DNA of 62,935 bases, filler included, from Rhabdomonas costata (GCA_019059605.1; 56 parts of 56 records of this genome joined end to end with filler, not necessarily neighbours in it), one strand, 5' to 3'; counted from the first letter of the whole stretch, positions 24,629 through 37,545 are shown. Numbers and translations: made by a program. Notes: generated by a model not told the origin, from the sequence alone.

Positions 24629-27600
24629 TCAACAGGTTGGTTGGATAACTCTTGCGCACCGCGAACAAAAACANNNNNNNNNNNNNNNNNNNNNNNNNNN
24701 NNNNNNNNNNNNNNNNNTTAATTAATTAANNNNNNNNNNNNNNNNNNNNNNNNNNNNNNNNNNNNNNNNNNNNTTTGTGGGGTTAACCCCATAAATTCGA
24801 TTCTTCGCATTTCTCGGCTGATTTTACAAATTCGTAACAATTCGTATTCGAGTCATTGGGATGTGGGGATGTGGAATCCCCTAGGTGTTGGTCAGACCCC
24901 TGCGCTGCCGCTTGCGAAGGCTTTTGGGACTGCAGGGGACTAGTTCAGTAAGGGTCCATCTACTGAGGTGCGGGTGGGAAATGGACTTAATAGGGGCAAA
25001 AAAGTGCAACATGTCATATCATCATATATATGGATATGTCTACGAAGGGCATCTGAACCAAGGGACGCATGCATGCATGCATGGGTGTGAATGAAATGAA
25101 AACCCTGTTTTTCTTGCGACAATGGAAAAACCCTTTCAAGAGCGTTGTTATTGTGCCTTGCATTTTCAGCGGAGTCGGGTTCCACCATTTCTCCCAAGCT
25201 AAGCAAACCTTCTCGAAATATGCTTGGTTGTCTCAGCACAAGTTTTGTTGAAGGTGGGGGAAGCTGCATTTTTCAAAAAAATTTCCAAAAATTTCAAGTT
25301 AACAAACAAATGCCCGATCCATGAACACCTCTCCCCTTAAATTTGAGTCAAAGTGAAAACCGAAAATGACTGACTTGGAGAGTCCCTCCTCTTCTGTTCA
25401 CATCGCTGCAATTCAGATTTAAGGCAGACAAAAACGACCCAGCTCTATGGCGGCACGAAGTGCAGAGTGGAGAGAGGTAAACAGAACCTCGGTCGGCGTG
25501 CGAGTCGAGCGCCGCCTTTCCTTCGATCCACTGCGTTTCTTTGCAGTGCCTTTGCCCTTGCCTGTGCCCGTGGCCGGGTCTGGGACATCTTCCTGGCGCG
25601 CAGGAGAAAAGAGAGTGATTGTTCCGAGGGCCCCTTGCACGTCGGTGTCTCTCACGCCTTGTTATCACCGTGCCTTCGGTAAAAGCAGTCCTTGGGTCAC
25701 GTCAGCATCAGCATACGCACACAAAACCTGTTGCCATGTTATTAAAACAAAACGAAAATACTGGGAATGCGCGCCAATAGAAAAATGTCAAAAAACACCN
25801 NNNNNNNNNNNNNNNNNNNNNNNNNNNNNNNNNNNNNNNNNNNTTAATTAATTAANNNNNNNNNNNNNNNNNNNNNNNNNNNNNNNNNNNNNNNNNNNNT
25901 GTGTGGAGGATGGGGCGCAGGCAGCGAGCCAAAAGTCGCTCCCGGGTTGGGGGTACAGACGGGGAGGTATTAGAATCAGAGCTACGCCGTTGAAGGTGTA
26001 GGGGCAAAAATATACTAGGGATCTGCTGGAGAGAAAGTGAATGGCTGGAACCACAAACCACCGCAAAACAAAGGGAGCAGGTCGCTTTCAGAGAAGCGGA
26101 TGTCCAAAGGGAGGAAAGCGGAAACTTACTATAGTACACACAGGGCAGGGCGCCCTTCTTGGCGTTGGAACGCACTAACTCCAGCAGTCACTTTCCCTCT
26201 AAAGATATTCTTCCAAGCTCTGCTTGGCCAAAAACCTCCTCAACACTTGACTCACCAGCGGCCAACAGAGCAAGGGCATCGCTCTTATTGTATGGAGGGG
26301 ATTACAGGTTATCGATATTCCCCTCGGTCGGAAGCTTGGACAGAACGATTTGCATTCGCAACGCGAGAAAAGGTCGAGCCACTGTTCAGTGGCAAGGCCA
26401 AGTTCCAAGTTCCAAGATTCCAGCAAAACAATTGGGCCGAGGAGGGAAGCGGGGCAAGGAGGCGAATTGCACTTCCGAGGGGGATTTCAGGCTGGACCTT
26501 CCCAGTGCCAGAGCGCGCTTTTAGCTTTTTAGATGCAATTTATCAAGCAGCGAAAAAAGCCAGGGGAGTTTATCTTGAGCTCGTAGCCGAATTTATCCAG
26601 AAGTGATTAAAAAATACGCAAAGGCTTCGTATACGTCCTGCACAACGCCCACAACGCCCCCGCCCAACGCGCAATCTTCTCTGGAGTTTTCTCTCCATCG
26701 GGCATGGGAAAGGATGCGCACGGGGAGAGGGGGCATCATCAGTACTGTCCCACAAGGCAGTGCAAACAGTGAAGCCAGTTGGCAACCCGTTCAACCACCC
26801 ACCCACCAGCCCAGCGTACGGCAGAAGTACATCAACGGGGGGCACGGCGCCACAGCACAACTTGTGCACTCACGGGATATATGACGGAAATGGGACTGCA
26901 AGCCCCATCCCCTTCCACCCAAAACNNNNNNNNNNNNNNNNNNNNNNNNNNNNNNNNNNNNNNNNNNNNTTAATTAATTAANNNNNNNNNNNNNNNNNNN
27001 NNNNNNNNNNNNNNNNNNNNNNNNNGGGGTTTAGGTCATGGCTAGAAAACTCCTGCAAGTGACGGCAAGCAAGGGGGCACACAGACAATGAGCTTGAGAC
27101 TTCCGCAGCCCGTTTTCTAGCCATGACCTAAACGCCCAACCATTCTGCGCCCGACTTTGAAGTGACGAACATTCACCAGGCCCCTATTTGTCGCCGAAAG
27201 TGAGAGAGGCAAGAGTAGCTCCACCCGAGGAAACTGCGATTCCGATGCAGCACTCATAGCTTCGATCGATCTTCGTCGATTTGAGGGGAAAATTGTGTCC
27301 CAAAATGTAATACAATATATTTCAACTCGGTATACCACTTCGCAACTGCTAAAAAATCATCACTATTACGTGCACATTTATGTTGCACCTTGGAAGGATA
27401 GTTACACCCCAACACTCAGAACGCATGTGACGTATTTCAACCTGGAGTCGTCAGACCCTATTTAATTGACATCGTCTTCAGCAGGATGGTTATATGGTCC
27501 CCCTGCCATCTTGGCTCGCACCCATATCAAGGAAAGGGCTTGTTTTGTGCTGCTACGAGCCGGAGGCGCGAGAAAAATTTCGATTTTGCACCCAGCCGGA

Positions 27601-30588
27601 ATGCTGCCACATCACGCAGGCGGGTTGTGTGGAGTTTGGTCCTCACACGGGTAAGTTTTCTGCTTGGGAGGCACAAAACAGCTGAAAAAAAAAGAAGAAT
27701 CCTGTGGTTCTGAGTTTACGGTGTAACGTATTTTCCTTTTTTGTTTTTCAGCTGCTGAGGAAACACGTCTGCAAACTGATATTACGAGCGAGTGCCCCCC
27801 TTTTCAGCACCACACCAGAAGATCGAGACACAAAAGAAGCACACAAAACTCCAAACAGTGTGCGAGGGCAGACTGTGTGTGCGTGTGTGTGTGGCAACAA
27901 TCCGAGTGCAAGGGTTTGGCTGAGCAAGAAGCCAAAGAGGTATTGAAAGCTAGGAGGACAAGCTGAGAGGACGCAATCACATACAGCTAAAGTCCACACA
28001 TAGGTGGAGCACAGGATTACAAAAAGCACGCACAAGTGCACACAAACCCCNNNNNNNNNNNNNNNNNNNNNNNNNNNNNNNNNNNNNNNNNNNNTTAATT
28101 AATTAANNNNNNNNNNNNNNNNNNNNNNNNNNNNNNNNNNNNNNNNNNNNCCGTGTGTCTACATTACAATAAATACAATGTGTCTCCACTGCCTGGGGTG
28201 TGTATGCGAGTGTGTGGGTGTTTTAGTAGCAGGCTGTTCGCGATCTTGGCTACCCAACGACCCAAAGGTAGCCGCAAAGAGAGACGAGAACCGGGGGTCG
28301 GGGGTCGGGAGGGGGGTTACCACCATATGAACCGTGTTCCGGCCGTCCAGAAGTTGCATCAGTCCCATTGTTGTTGCGTTTTCAGGGGTCCCCCCCCCTT
28401 TTTCGTGCTCTCACTCTTTCTAGTTCCTGCTCGAGTGCTTTGTACCTGTAGTACTGTGCTCTCGCAAACCTTTTGTGGAGTTGCTTCCGCGCAATGGGAG
28501 TTGGCCCCCAGACATTGCGGTCCTGGTGCTCATAGCTGTTTCTTCTTCAGTGGACTCTTGAAATTCACTTCCTCCTGTCCCCCCGCTGATGACGCAAGCC
28601 ACGCTGAATGCTGACTCTTGACTTTCAGTGTACTGCTTATGCAAATGGTTGGGCGGAGCGGTGACCATGCCTATCCCGCGCACTTCATAACAACCGCATG
28701 GCACATGACCGTCCATAAATTATTATGTCTACCGGCCCTTTGACACTTTCTTTCGCAATTGGGATGAAATCCAGAAGCATAGGATCCTTCGCACCGTCAA
28801 AGCCCACATCATGGATATGCCTCTGGGATGTGATCAAGCCTCCCACTCAATCCACAGTTCTTATCCACAATGCATGTCTCACGATGGTCACATTCACAAT
28901 TGCGTCGAGGTTGTGCTAAACCGTTAGATGCACATCCTTTTGTCCTGCACCTGTGCCTTTGCTTTGCTCTCATCTCAGAAATCCTTTTTTCAATCCCGAC
29001 TTCACTGTGGTTGATGCCTTCGTAAGTTCATCTGATACGGGGTCTTCGTGATTTTCCAGTTCGGTTGCATCGCGTACCCAAAACCCGTTTTTTCCATCGT
29101 TGCCGCACTCATCCTGAACATGAGCTGCCAGAAGACGCAGAAGGGGCAGAAGGCCCAGGCCCAGGCCCAGGCCCGTNNNNNNNNNNNNNNNNNNNNNNNN
29201 NNNNNNNNNNNNNNNNNNNNTTAATTAATTAANNNNNNNNNNNNNNNNNNNNNNNNNNNNNNNNNNNNNNNNNNNNTGTTTTTAGTGAGCGCGAGCTCAA
29301 GTGAGCGTGGACCGGGACACAAAGCCGACAGCGCAAGACGCACTTTACTGCTCCTCCGCGCACGTTCTGCTTAAAAGCTTTTCTCCTGTTTTTTTTTAAA
29401 ATTGTGCACGCGCATGAGTGGGAACACGAAGGTAATCGCCACAACAGTAAGCCTTTCAAAATCCTTGCCTCCCCAGCTTTAGCGCACTCAGCGTTTCGTC
29501 TTAAACATGCGACGCCAAACACAACTTTTTAGGAACGAAATCGCACTAATGCGCCAGCAGAGGTTTGCGCGAATGTTTTAAACCCTGAAAACAAGTAAAC
29601 CTCTGAAACCTTTGAAAACCAGGCTTACTACCAGAGCGGGAGCATTCACACTTTGTGGAGACCGCAAAAGTGTATTTGAAAGGATAAAAATGGTTCACAG
29701 TTCAATTATTGATTGACTCAAGCATCTTTAGACAATCTTTCCACCACCTTTGCTACTGCATTCGCCTCTTCATGATGATGGGCAGGTGGGTGAGCAGGCG
29801 TGCTGATACACACACAGAGGATGACCAATGAGGAAACTTCCGGGGAGAAGGTGGGCAGGAACACACGGAGTGGATAGGGGTGGTTGTTCACAAAGCGGCG
29901 CAGCAGTACATTCGCGGGCTGCAAAGACAACCAGACAGAAAAGGTGCTTCAGGTGCTTCGACTGCGCTCGAAAAAAAAACTCCGGCCTCTGCTGACTTCT
30001 GTTATGGAAAAGAACTCTCTTCCATGGGGGCTGGCCTTTTTCTATGGCATGAATGAAGCAAAAGGGCTGCGAGGCGGTCCTCCAGTGACCCCTAAAAGCA
30101 GCTTTTTTTTCATTTCTCCCAATCTACCGCTTCTTACACGTCAGCAAAGCCACAGTAAAGCGACCTCTTCTTCTCACTCGAGCAAAGTGCCGGCTCTGGC
30201 GCCCCTATTCCTAATACCTTTCAGCACCGGGGGACGTGCTGCGCGTAGACTGAGGGCAGGGCCTTGTCGTGCTGGGAACTCTAGTCGGGAGCCCCAACAC
30301 AANNNNNNNNNNNNNNNNNNNNNNNNNNNNNNNNNNNNNNNNNNNNTTAATTAATTAANNNNNNNNNNNNNNNNNNNNNNNNNNNNNNNNNNNNNNNNNN
30401 NNTTGTTTTGTGCACTTCAGGCATTATTTTCATAGTTTCTCAAAAAAGAGATGTTTCACTCCTTTTGCCCATTTGGTGCTCTCCATGCGTTACTGCTTTA
30501 CTGCTGTATCTTCTTTCTCTCTCTGTATGTATGTGTGTTTGGGTTTTTGTCAGCTAAAGATGGGTTCGCGATGCGTTCACCCCCCTCC

Positions 30589-31275
30589 GGGGAGGGGGGT
30601 GTTACCACGCCACCACTTGCCTTGTGGGGTGTGCGAGCGAGCCCCTCCTTTCTCCCTCTTTTGATGCTTCCACACTTGTGAAGGCTTGGAAAGACTATTT
30701 TTTGTTCATTTGTGTCTCCTTACATTGGACGCTTTTCAAACGGCAAGGAAGGGTGCGGTAGTCTCCATTTGATTTCCCACCTCAGTAGGAATAGGTCCTC
30801 TAGGGTTCCGTGCCGGCCCCAATGGGAATCGAGCCTCGGAGGGATACAGAGGATATAGACCTCATCAGAGTGTACCTGTATCCCTCCATTTTGTTTGTTG
30901 TTTGCAACTGGCGGTCTTGAGTTGCGCCAAAAGGCCCTGCATACGGTTTGAGCCACTGTGGGCCTCACTCGTCGTGTGGGCGTTAGCCACCCCATCTCAA
31001 ATAGCAAGGGGCTCAGGCACGTCTCGCTGGCCGAGTTTCCATTGGAAGGCTCGTGAACCGCCACGGAGCCCTCGCTGGGACTCGGTTCTCATTGCTTCAT
31101 ATCACCCGGAAAACGCAACGAAGTACAACATTTCAAGAAAGCGCGACACGTCAAAAACAGTCGCCCTCTCCAGTCCCCTACAATACTTCAAGAAAATCGC
31201 CCCGCTTATCCCAACTCCCTTCAAAAGACATCCAGCGAATATAAGCGATATTCTCTGGACCCACAACTCGTAACA
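30589..31275 (+). mobile_element. Candidate polypurine tract plus 3' LTR (30600-31275)
   Basis: GGGGAGGGGGG directly followed by TGTTAC; GTAACA at 31270-31275 completes a 6-bp terminal inverted repeat around 676 nt. Confidence 0.55.
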
Positions 31276-32089
31276 CCAGTAGGACTCCACGTTATTAGCG
31301 AACCAGCCTTGTCGGGCACGTTTACAGTCAACCTACGAAAGTCTGCATTTCGATTATTCCCTAGTAACCACCGCCCCAAACGGGCCTCTTCCCCCACCAG
31401 AGTCTTTTTTGTTCTGCCACCACCACAANNNNNNNNNNNNNNNNNNNNNNNNNNNNNNNNNNNNNNNNNNNNTTAATTAATTAANNNNNNNNNNNNNNNN
31501 NNNNNNNNNNNNNNNNNNNNNNNNNNNNTTGGTGGCGGGCCTTTTCGAGAAGAAGTGCTTGAAGAGTCCTGGGGGCAGTCCGGAGGGCAGGGAACGGCAG
31601 CGTAACTAGAAGAAGCAGAGAGTTCAGGTAGAGGCCCCGCGGCCAGCAGCGCAGCTGCACGTCCACCCAAGATGGAAACCCAGAAGTGGCAGAGGAGGCC
31701 CCAGGCCGAAGGAAGAAGAATGGAAAGCCGAGAAGGCAAGTTGAAGGACGAAGTTGTGGAAGAGTCTTGAGAGCTGGAGAAGTTAGAAGGGCGGGATAAC
31801 GAGGGATAGGGCACAGAAATTCGACCCCATGCAGGAGAAGCCAGACAAGAAGAGAGCAGGGCGAGACGAAATGACAGGACGCTTGGGTCTCGCAGCTTGG
31901 CGGGAGTTCAGGGGAAGGCCCCGACCCGCGGAGTAAGAGGAAAAAGCCGAAGACAGAGAATTTTTATACGTTGAAGAGTAATAGAGAGAAGGCCGACCCT
32001 GAGAGACGAGTGGGGCAAAAGCCGGAGGTTCTTCTGCAAATAGCTCAGCTCCGAGTTGTAAGTGTGAAATCTGACATCTGAACCCAGAA

Positions 32090-32554
32090 ATTAATGTCTC
32101 CATTCTTCCAACGTTTCAACCAACGCTAGCATTTCTTTCTAATGAACAGGGTAATTCTTTTCAGCTCTGGACAACTTTCTCGAGCGACACGCTACAAAAT
32201 GCATCTTGCTATCTTCCAATTGCTGTGATAGCGTCGCTAAGATCCACACCTCTGACGCATTGCATTGGCTTCTTAAAGTCTGGAACCAATAACACTGGAT
32301 GTTCCAAAAGTCTGGTTTTCAGCATCTGAAACGCCGTCTCTTAAGCTTCACTCCACACCAACTCCTTCTTTTTCTTCATTAAAACCACCAGTGTGGCTGC
32401 CAATGTGGCGTAATCTTACACAAATCTCTGGTGAAACCCACAAAACACGAGGAAACTCTTCACACCTGTGGTACTCCGAAACTGCATCCACTTGTACACT
32501 GCCATTAACTTCCTCAGCTGGGGTCTGATCCTATTTCTCCTCACAACAAACCCC
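32090..32554 (-). pseudogene. Decayed Ty3/gypsy pol: RT thumb/connection into RNase H
   Basis: Minus-strand translation VKSFLVFCGFHQRFV*DYATLAATLVVLMKKKKELVWSEA*ETAFQMLKTRLLEHPVLLVPDFKKP matches the gypsy consensus, with in-frame stops. Confidence 0.85.
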
Positions 32555-34265
32555 NNNNNNNNNNNNNNNNNNNNNNNNNNNNNNNNNNNNNNNNNNNNTT
32601 AATTAATTAANNNNNNNNNNNNNNNNNNNNNNNNNNNNNNNNNNNNNNNNNNNNTCTGTAGTCTCCCGGTGGGTTGGTGGAGGTGGTGGGTCCTGAGTAT
32701 TGCACACTTGGGAGACCGTTCTGCGTGCCGCGGAGATGCCCGCCCTTCACCACGGGGGCCAATTTGCTTGAAGATTACGCTGGTGAAGGGAAGAGAACTA
32801 GCGCGGCGCAAAACGGTCTCTAAAGCTGACGCAATAAGCAGGACAAAAAGACGTGGGCGGCTAACCCGAACGGAGATCGCAGAACTAACGGCAATTGCGG
32901 CCTGCTTGCTTGTCGTTTTTACAAAAGATCTCCCTCCCTCGCAAGTTCGCAAGAGTGTGGACTGTGGCTGGCTCCGCTGCCCATGGATGCTTCCCATGGC
33001 ATCTACTTTCCAAAGATAACAGGTGATAGCATCATCCTTTGAACTCACTAACACCAGAAGAGGAAGAGACCAAGTCCGAACTGAACCAAATTGAACTCAG
33101 GTGTTGGAAGTTATGCCTGGAAAAGAAGTGGAGCGGTCGCTTTCCACAACAGTAAAGCTGGCAGGTCTGGACCACACCCCGTGTATTTTAAAGTTAACAT
33201 ACGAACGGAAATATGACACGTGGATGTCAATTGCTTAATTTTTGTTCATTCAAGGTCCTCAGGGCTTATGCGAAATCTCTGGAATTATTTTATATTATTT
33301 TTATTGGAACTTTGCGTAGTGTTATTTTCTATTTATTTCAACCAGCAACGTCCGGAGGAACACCCACGCAATTTTTTTGGTTTCTTTTTCTTGCAGCAGA
33401 TGGGTTCAGGACAATTTGCAAGAGGGAAAACATGTCAGAAGAGATTACGTGGGTTTTCGAAGAATTGACAAGGATGCACACCGAGCAGGAAAGAACAAGA
33501 AGGCAGGGGAAAAGAAGGACGGGGGGAGAGCCTGAAAATGGAGAAGAGAAAGCGAGAGGAGAAAGCGGTAGGGCGGAAGGCTTCGAAGACAAGGATGAAG
33601 AAAGTGGTCTGCACAAGCATGCTCACCAAGTAACATCGGGTGGAAAGTGCACGAATAATTGGGAAGAAAACCACAACCCNNNNNNNNNNNNNNNNNNNNN
33701 NNNNNNNNNNNNNNNNNNNNNNNTTAATTAATTAANNNNNNNNNNNNNNNNNNNNNNNNNNNNNNNNNNNNNNNNNNNNGTTGGGGTGGGGTATCCGCAC
33801 CGTGCGGACCTGCTGCGACATCGCGAACTCGTGCTACCGAGAAAGGACAGGACATGAAGGGCAAGGGAAGAGAAGCGCGGGTATATGCTATGGAGAGCGA
33901 ACAGAGGGACTGGTTGTGGGGGCGAGGGAGGATAGGAAAGGGCTGAGGTTCGCAAGCACAGTTCGGGTCCGCAACTGCAATTAGTGCGGTGTCAAAACAC
34001 AGGTACTGTCCGTCCTTCTGGAAAATTCGGTTGCGCGAGATAAAGGCGCCTCGATAGGCAGGAAGAAATATATTATAGAAACCGCTACAGTAATCATATG
34101 TTCAAACGCAACAGGGTACAAAAGGATGGGCAATCAGCGAGGCGTGAGGAAAACCAGACAAAGCTGGGTCATCTCCATCTCACCAGCGCCAATCCCACAA
34201 GAAGCGCACACTCATCAGCCAAGCACAAAAGGCCACCCCACCCCTCACGCGGAGCGCGCGGCAAC

Positions 34266-34448
34266 CTCCAGGGCGGTCACGAAGAGGCCGTCTGTAGAGG
34301 TCATCACGACATGGCACAGCTTGCGGCCCGCGGTGATGTGCAGGGCCCACTTGAACAGCAGCTTCAGCGCCCGTTTGCCGTCCCTCCGCCCGGCCAGCAG
34401 GCTCATCATCTTGTTGGCACCTCCCAAAACGATCACCGGCCGTGAGGT
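34266..34448 (-). CDS. Exon of an ATPase_2/AAA-like P-loop NTPase homologue with degenerate Walker B
   Basis: 183-nt phase-0 exon RPVIVLGGANKM...LKLLFKWALHITAGRKLCHVVMTSTDGLF resembles PVhhhDEANxL...LLxFxVxITKxxxxxHVhhxTSDxxF. Confidence 0.55.
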
Positions 34449-34734
34449 CTGCCCACCAACACCACAACAACCCATAATTGCGCCCACATAGTATGCAGAC
34501 CCCCACACACAAACACTTATGGCACGTTCCCGCTCCGGCCGCTCCGGCCGCTCCGGGCCGGCTTCCGTGGTCAGCCGCCGCTGTCCTAATCTGTCCACAA
34601 TGTCCAATTGAACGCCGTTCAAATCCCCCCACCCCTCAATACAATTGTCCCTTTCATCATGTACAGCACAAAAAACACGCGGTCACATACCCGTCCCACT
34701 GACACCCATAGCGCAACACAGCTAAAGGCCGCCC

Positions 34735-34775
34735 CAACCCCAACCTTAACCCTAACTCTAACCCTACACCCCTAG
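34735..34775 (-). repeat. Degenerate telomere-like (CCCTAA)n tract, interstitial
   Basis: CAACCCCAACCTTAACCCTAACTCTAACCCTACACCCCTAG. Confidence 0.6.
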
Positions 34776-35217
34776 CGCAACGCGGCCATTCCTTCAACCA
34801 AAACCNNNNNNNNNNNNNNNNNNNNNNNNNNNNNNNNNNNNNNNNNNNNTTAATTAATTAANNNNNNNNNNNNNNNNNNNNNNNNNNNNNNNNNNNNNNN
34901 NNNNNTTTTTTTTGTGGTGTGTGCTCGATTTTACGATCTCGTTCATAGTTTATTCTGGAATCCGTGAACTTCGCTCTGCCGCCCGTGGAGCTTGCCTTTG
35001 CCGTAACCAAGGTGCACAATTATATCTATGGACAGCCTCTTTGGTTGCGCTCCCAAGTGCCTTTCATGTGTCGTGTTGTCATTCAATTTCGGATTTCACC
35101 GCTTTTGATTTTGCCAGCTTGGTAAGATTGCCTTTTTTTTCTCATTTGGTGGATAACAAGGAAAACTCAGTTCAATTTCCGTTGCTACTACTGTTTGCAA
35201 ATGTTTTTTTTGCTCAG

Positions 35218-35750
35218 GAGAAGCTCATTGAATTGTTTGGTCGCCCAATTAAAGTCAATGTGCACTCTTTGGAAGTTCTTTCGGCTGCAGAAGTGGAGGC
35301 ACTGGCTTCGACAAAGACCCCGAAGAAGGTTTGGGCATTGCTTATCCAGTGTATCATTGCGCGAGGAATATAGCAACGTTCGGCCCACGTTCTTTTTTTG
35401 CGAATGTTTTTGTGCTTTATCCTCTCAGGCTTCTCAGGTGAAGGATGACAAGAAGAAGTCGAAGGTTTTATGTCCTTGACTGCTGGCTTATTGGACTGTC
35501 TCTATATTTCCTACTCTCTTTTCGGGACCTTTTTAAGTTACTTTCTGTTCAGTCGTGTACTGTGTTACTTCATTCATTCTCTCAGGCTCCGCAAACAGCA
35601 AAGGATGACTCCCTCCCAGATACACCGATGGGGCACAAGACCGTCTCCTCCTTTGAGTTCAGTTTGGCTGACCTTGTTGTGGGCAAGCCCGTTGAAGTGA
35701 CCTTCCAAAAGAGCCAAAAGAAAGATGCGGATCTTGAAAATCCGGACAAG
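35218..35750 (+). CDS. Three phase-0 exons (35218-35328, 35429-35464, 35586-35750) of an unknown protein, possibly C2-like
   Basis: All junctions are CAG/GT and join without stops: EKLIELFGRPIKVNVH...|ASQVKDDKKKSK|APQTAK...SSFEFSLADLVVG. Confidence 0.7.
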
Positions 35751-36029
35751 GTGCATGAGCTTAGCTTCCTTGATTTTCCAGTGGATTTCTGAGCAGCTTC
35801 CTCCTTTACCCTTTTTGTCCATTAGCGAGGCGTGGGCACCATACTTGTTTGTTTTGCTTCCACATCCTATTGAAGCGAGGGAGTGAGAGTGAGGAGACAT
35901 TCCTCACCCAAAGAGAGACGATGAGTCACNNNNNNNNNNNNNNNNNNNNNNNNNNNNNNNNNNNNNNNNNNNNTTAATTAATTAANNNNNNNNNNNNNNN
36001 NNNNNNNNNNNNNNNNNNNNNNNNNNNNN

Positions 36030-36300
36030 GTTGTGGTGGCGTACCTTCCTCAAGGTCTTGACTGTGAGGCTCGCCTTGGCTGCATTCTGCACGGAGTTCC
36101 TACATGGTGGCTTGCCTCCGGAACAGCGGGACCTCTTTTGTGGAGCGCGCCTTATCCTTTTTGGCGATGAAGCATACCGGCCGATCGCCGACCTTGAGGA
36201 GGCTCGCAGCGAAGTGTAGAAATATTAAGCTGCTGCGATCAATATCTGATTGCAGTTTGCAGTTGGGAGTCGGTGTCTGTGGTGCGACCGAATCTTGGGA
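36030..36300 (+). mobile_element. Non-LTR retrotransposon RT relic, CRE/SLACS-like, subdomains 0-2
   Basis: GGLPPEQRDLFCGARLILFGDEAYRPIA followed, after a frameshift, by LRRLAAKC...LQLGVGVCGATE; these fit RPIA..RRL and QxGVGxxGGxE. Confidence 0.7.
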
Positions 36301-36414
36301 GCGGCTGCTGGTGGCGCACCACGGGGCCATCATTGACCAGCTCTGGGGAGGGGGGGCTGCGGCACGAGTTGGACTCCACGGGAGAGGGGCCTTCGGATCT
36401 CATCGTGGACTCAT

Positions 36415-36550
36415 AAGAGGCGGAAGTGCAACATGGCCGACCGAACCAGGGTCTTAAAGGCATTCTTGATGTCCAACAGAAACAGGGCTTGATCTGCCGG
36501 TACACCAGAATGCAACCACTCCTTGTGGATCTTGTGGATGAACTCCTTCT
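36415..36550 (-). mobile_element. Non-LTR RT relic, subdomain 2a-3, in opposite orientation
   Basis: EFIHKIHKEWLHSGVPADQALFLLDIKNAFKTLVRSAML matches ExxxH...hDhxNAFNxhxRxxhL. Confidence 0.7.
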
Positions 36551-37154
36551 GGGGCTGTCCCCTTCTGCAGCAACCGGGGTCCCGCGCGGCGTTTGGAGCG
36601 GTTGAAGAGCTGGGTGAATTAGGCCAGGCCCTTCGCGCCGCAGGCAGGCGTCCAGCCCAAGCCCGCCTGCTCGCGAGGCGCACGGGGTACAAGTAAATCA
36701 AGCACCTACGCGTGGCTCTCTCTCTCTCGGCGCGCGCGCGCGGAGGATGCGGACACAGTCTCGGCGTCCCACACAATCCAGAGCCCCTGGGATAAAGTTG
36801 CCTGCAGAAGGTCAATCCAGGACTTCTGCTAAAGCCATACCTCCTTTTCCAGGGTTCTGCAAACAACATTTTGTGGATAAAACCAATATTAGGACATTTG
36901 CTTTTGCGCCAGGCAACCGATGGTGTGGACGGAAGATAGGTTCTTTTTCGTTACTGAGAAAAGAAGTGCCAGTTTTTGTTGTATTATTAGTATTTTATTC
37001 TTGTATTTAACTATTTGAAAAAGGAATAAAATACTAATAATACCACAAAAACCCNNNNNNNNNNNNNNNNNNNNNNNNNNNNNNNNNNNNNNNNNNNNTT
37101 AATTAATTAANNNNNNNNNNNNNNNNNNNNNNNNNNNNNNNNNNNNNNNNNNNN

Positions 37155-37545
37155 CCGCGAGATGTTCACGGACTACTCCGACGTACGTGTGCACCTAATC
37201 CGTGCCCTTATTACTTGGGTATTTCGACGAATTCGTGAAGCTTTGGAAAGCATTGTGGAGGATCTGGTCGAGGTGATGGGAAGGGAACGATGTTCCGTTG
37301 TGAAGAAAGAGCCTCCCGAAGACGCTAAGTATTTGCGGGCTTGTCCCCTGTAAAGCCTTGGCGCATTGTTCTCACAGTGCATCTCTCTGTGTGCGTTCGC
37401 CTGTGTGTGTCGATAGGAACTGGAGCAGCAGTTCCGTGAGCAGTACCGGCTTATTCGGGAGGCGATGCAGGACTTGAACTACGAGCTCGAGCTTGGGGTA
37501 AACTTCGAGGAGTTCAAGAAGGCATTGGGGGCCTGCCCCACCTGG
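37155..37545 (+). CDS. PRP40: PRP40-like FF-domain splicing factor; exons ..37182 and 37417-about 37545
   Basis: REMFTDYSD|ELEQQFREQYRLIREAMQDLNYELELGVNFEEFKKA aligns with the PRP40 segment PxDLFxDxxEELExQYxExxxxIxDAM...FEDF; phase-0 GT-AG intron. Confidence 0.7.

Noticed and set aside
29830..29920. Minus-strand PANVLL after a CAG acceptor as a kinase catalytic loop
   Set aside because: No HRDLK exon is visible and no DFG follows, so support is too weak.
32669..33100. Decayed tyrosine recombinase of a DIRS/TATE-like element
   Set aside because: Only a vague AHLGD resemblance; no HxxR or catalytic Tyr motif could be placed.
37162..37353. ORF read straight through as FF-domain sequence
   Set aside because: Homology fits better with a GT-AG intron at 37183-37416, so the read-through part is treated as intronic.
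37518..37526. Second GC donor (AAG|GCATTG) in PRP40
   Set aside because: An in-frame GT donor 24 nt downstream explains the exon equally well.
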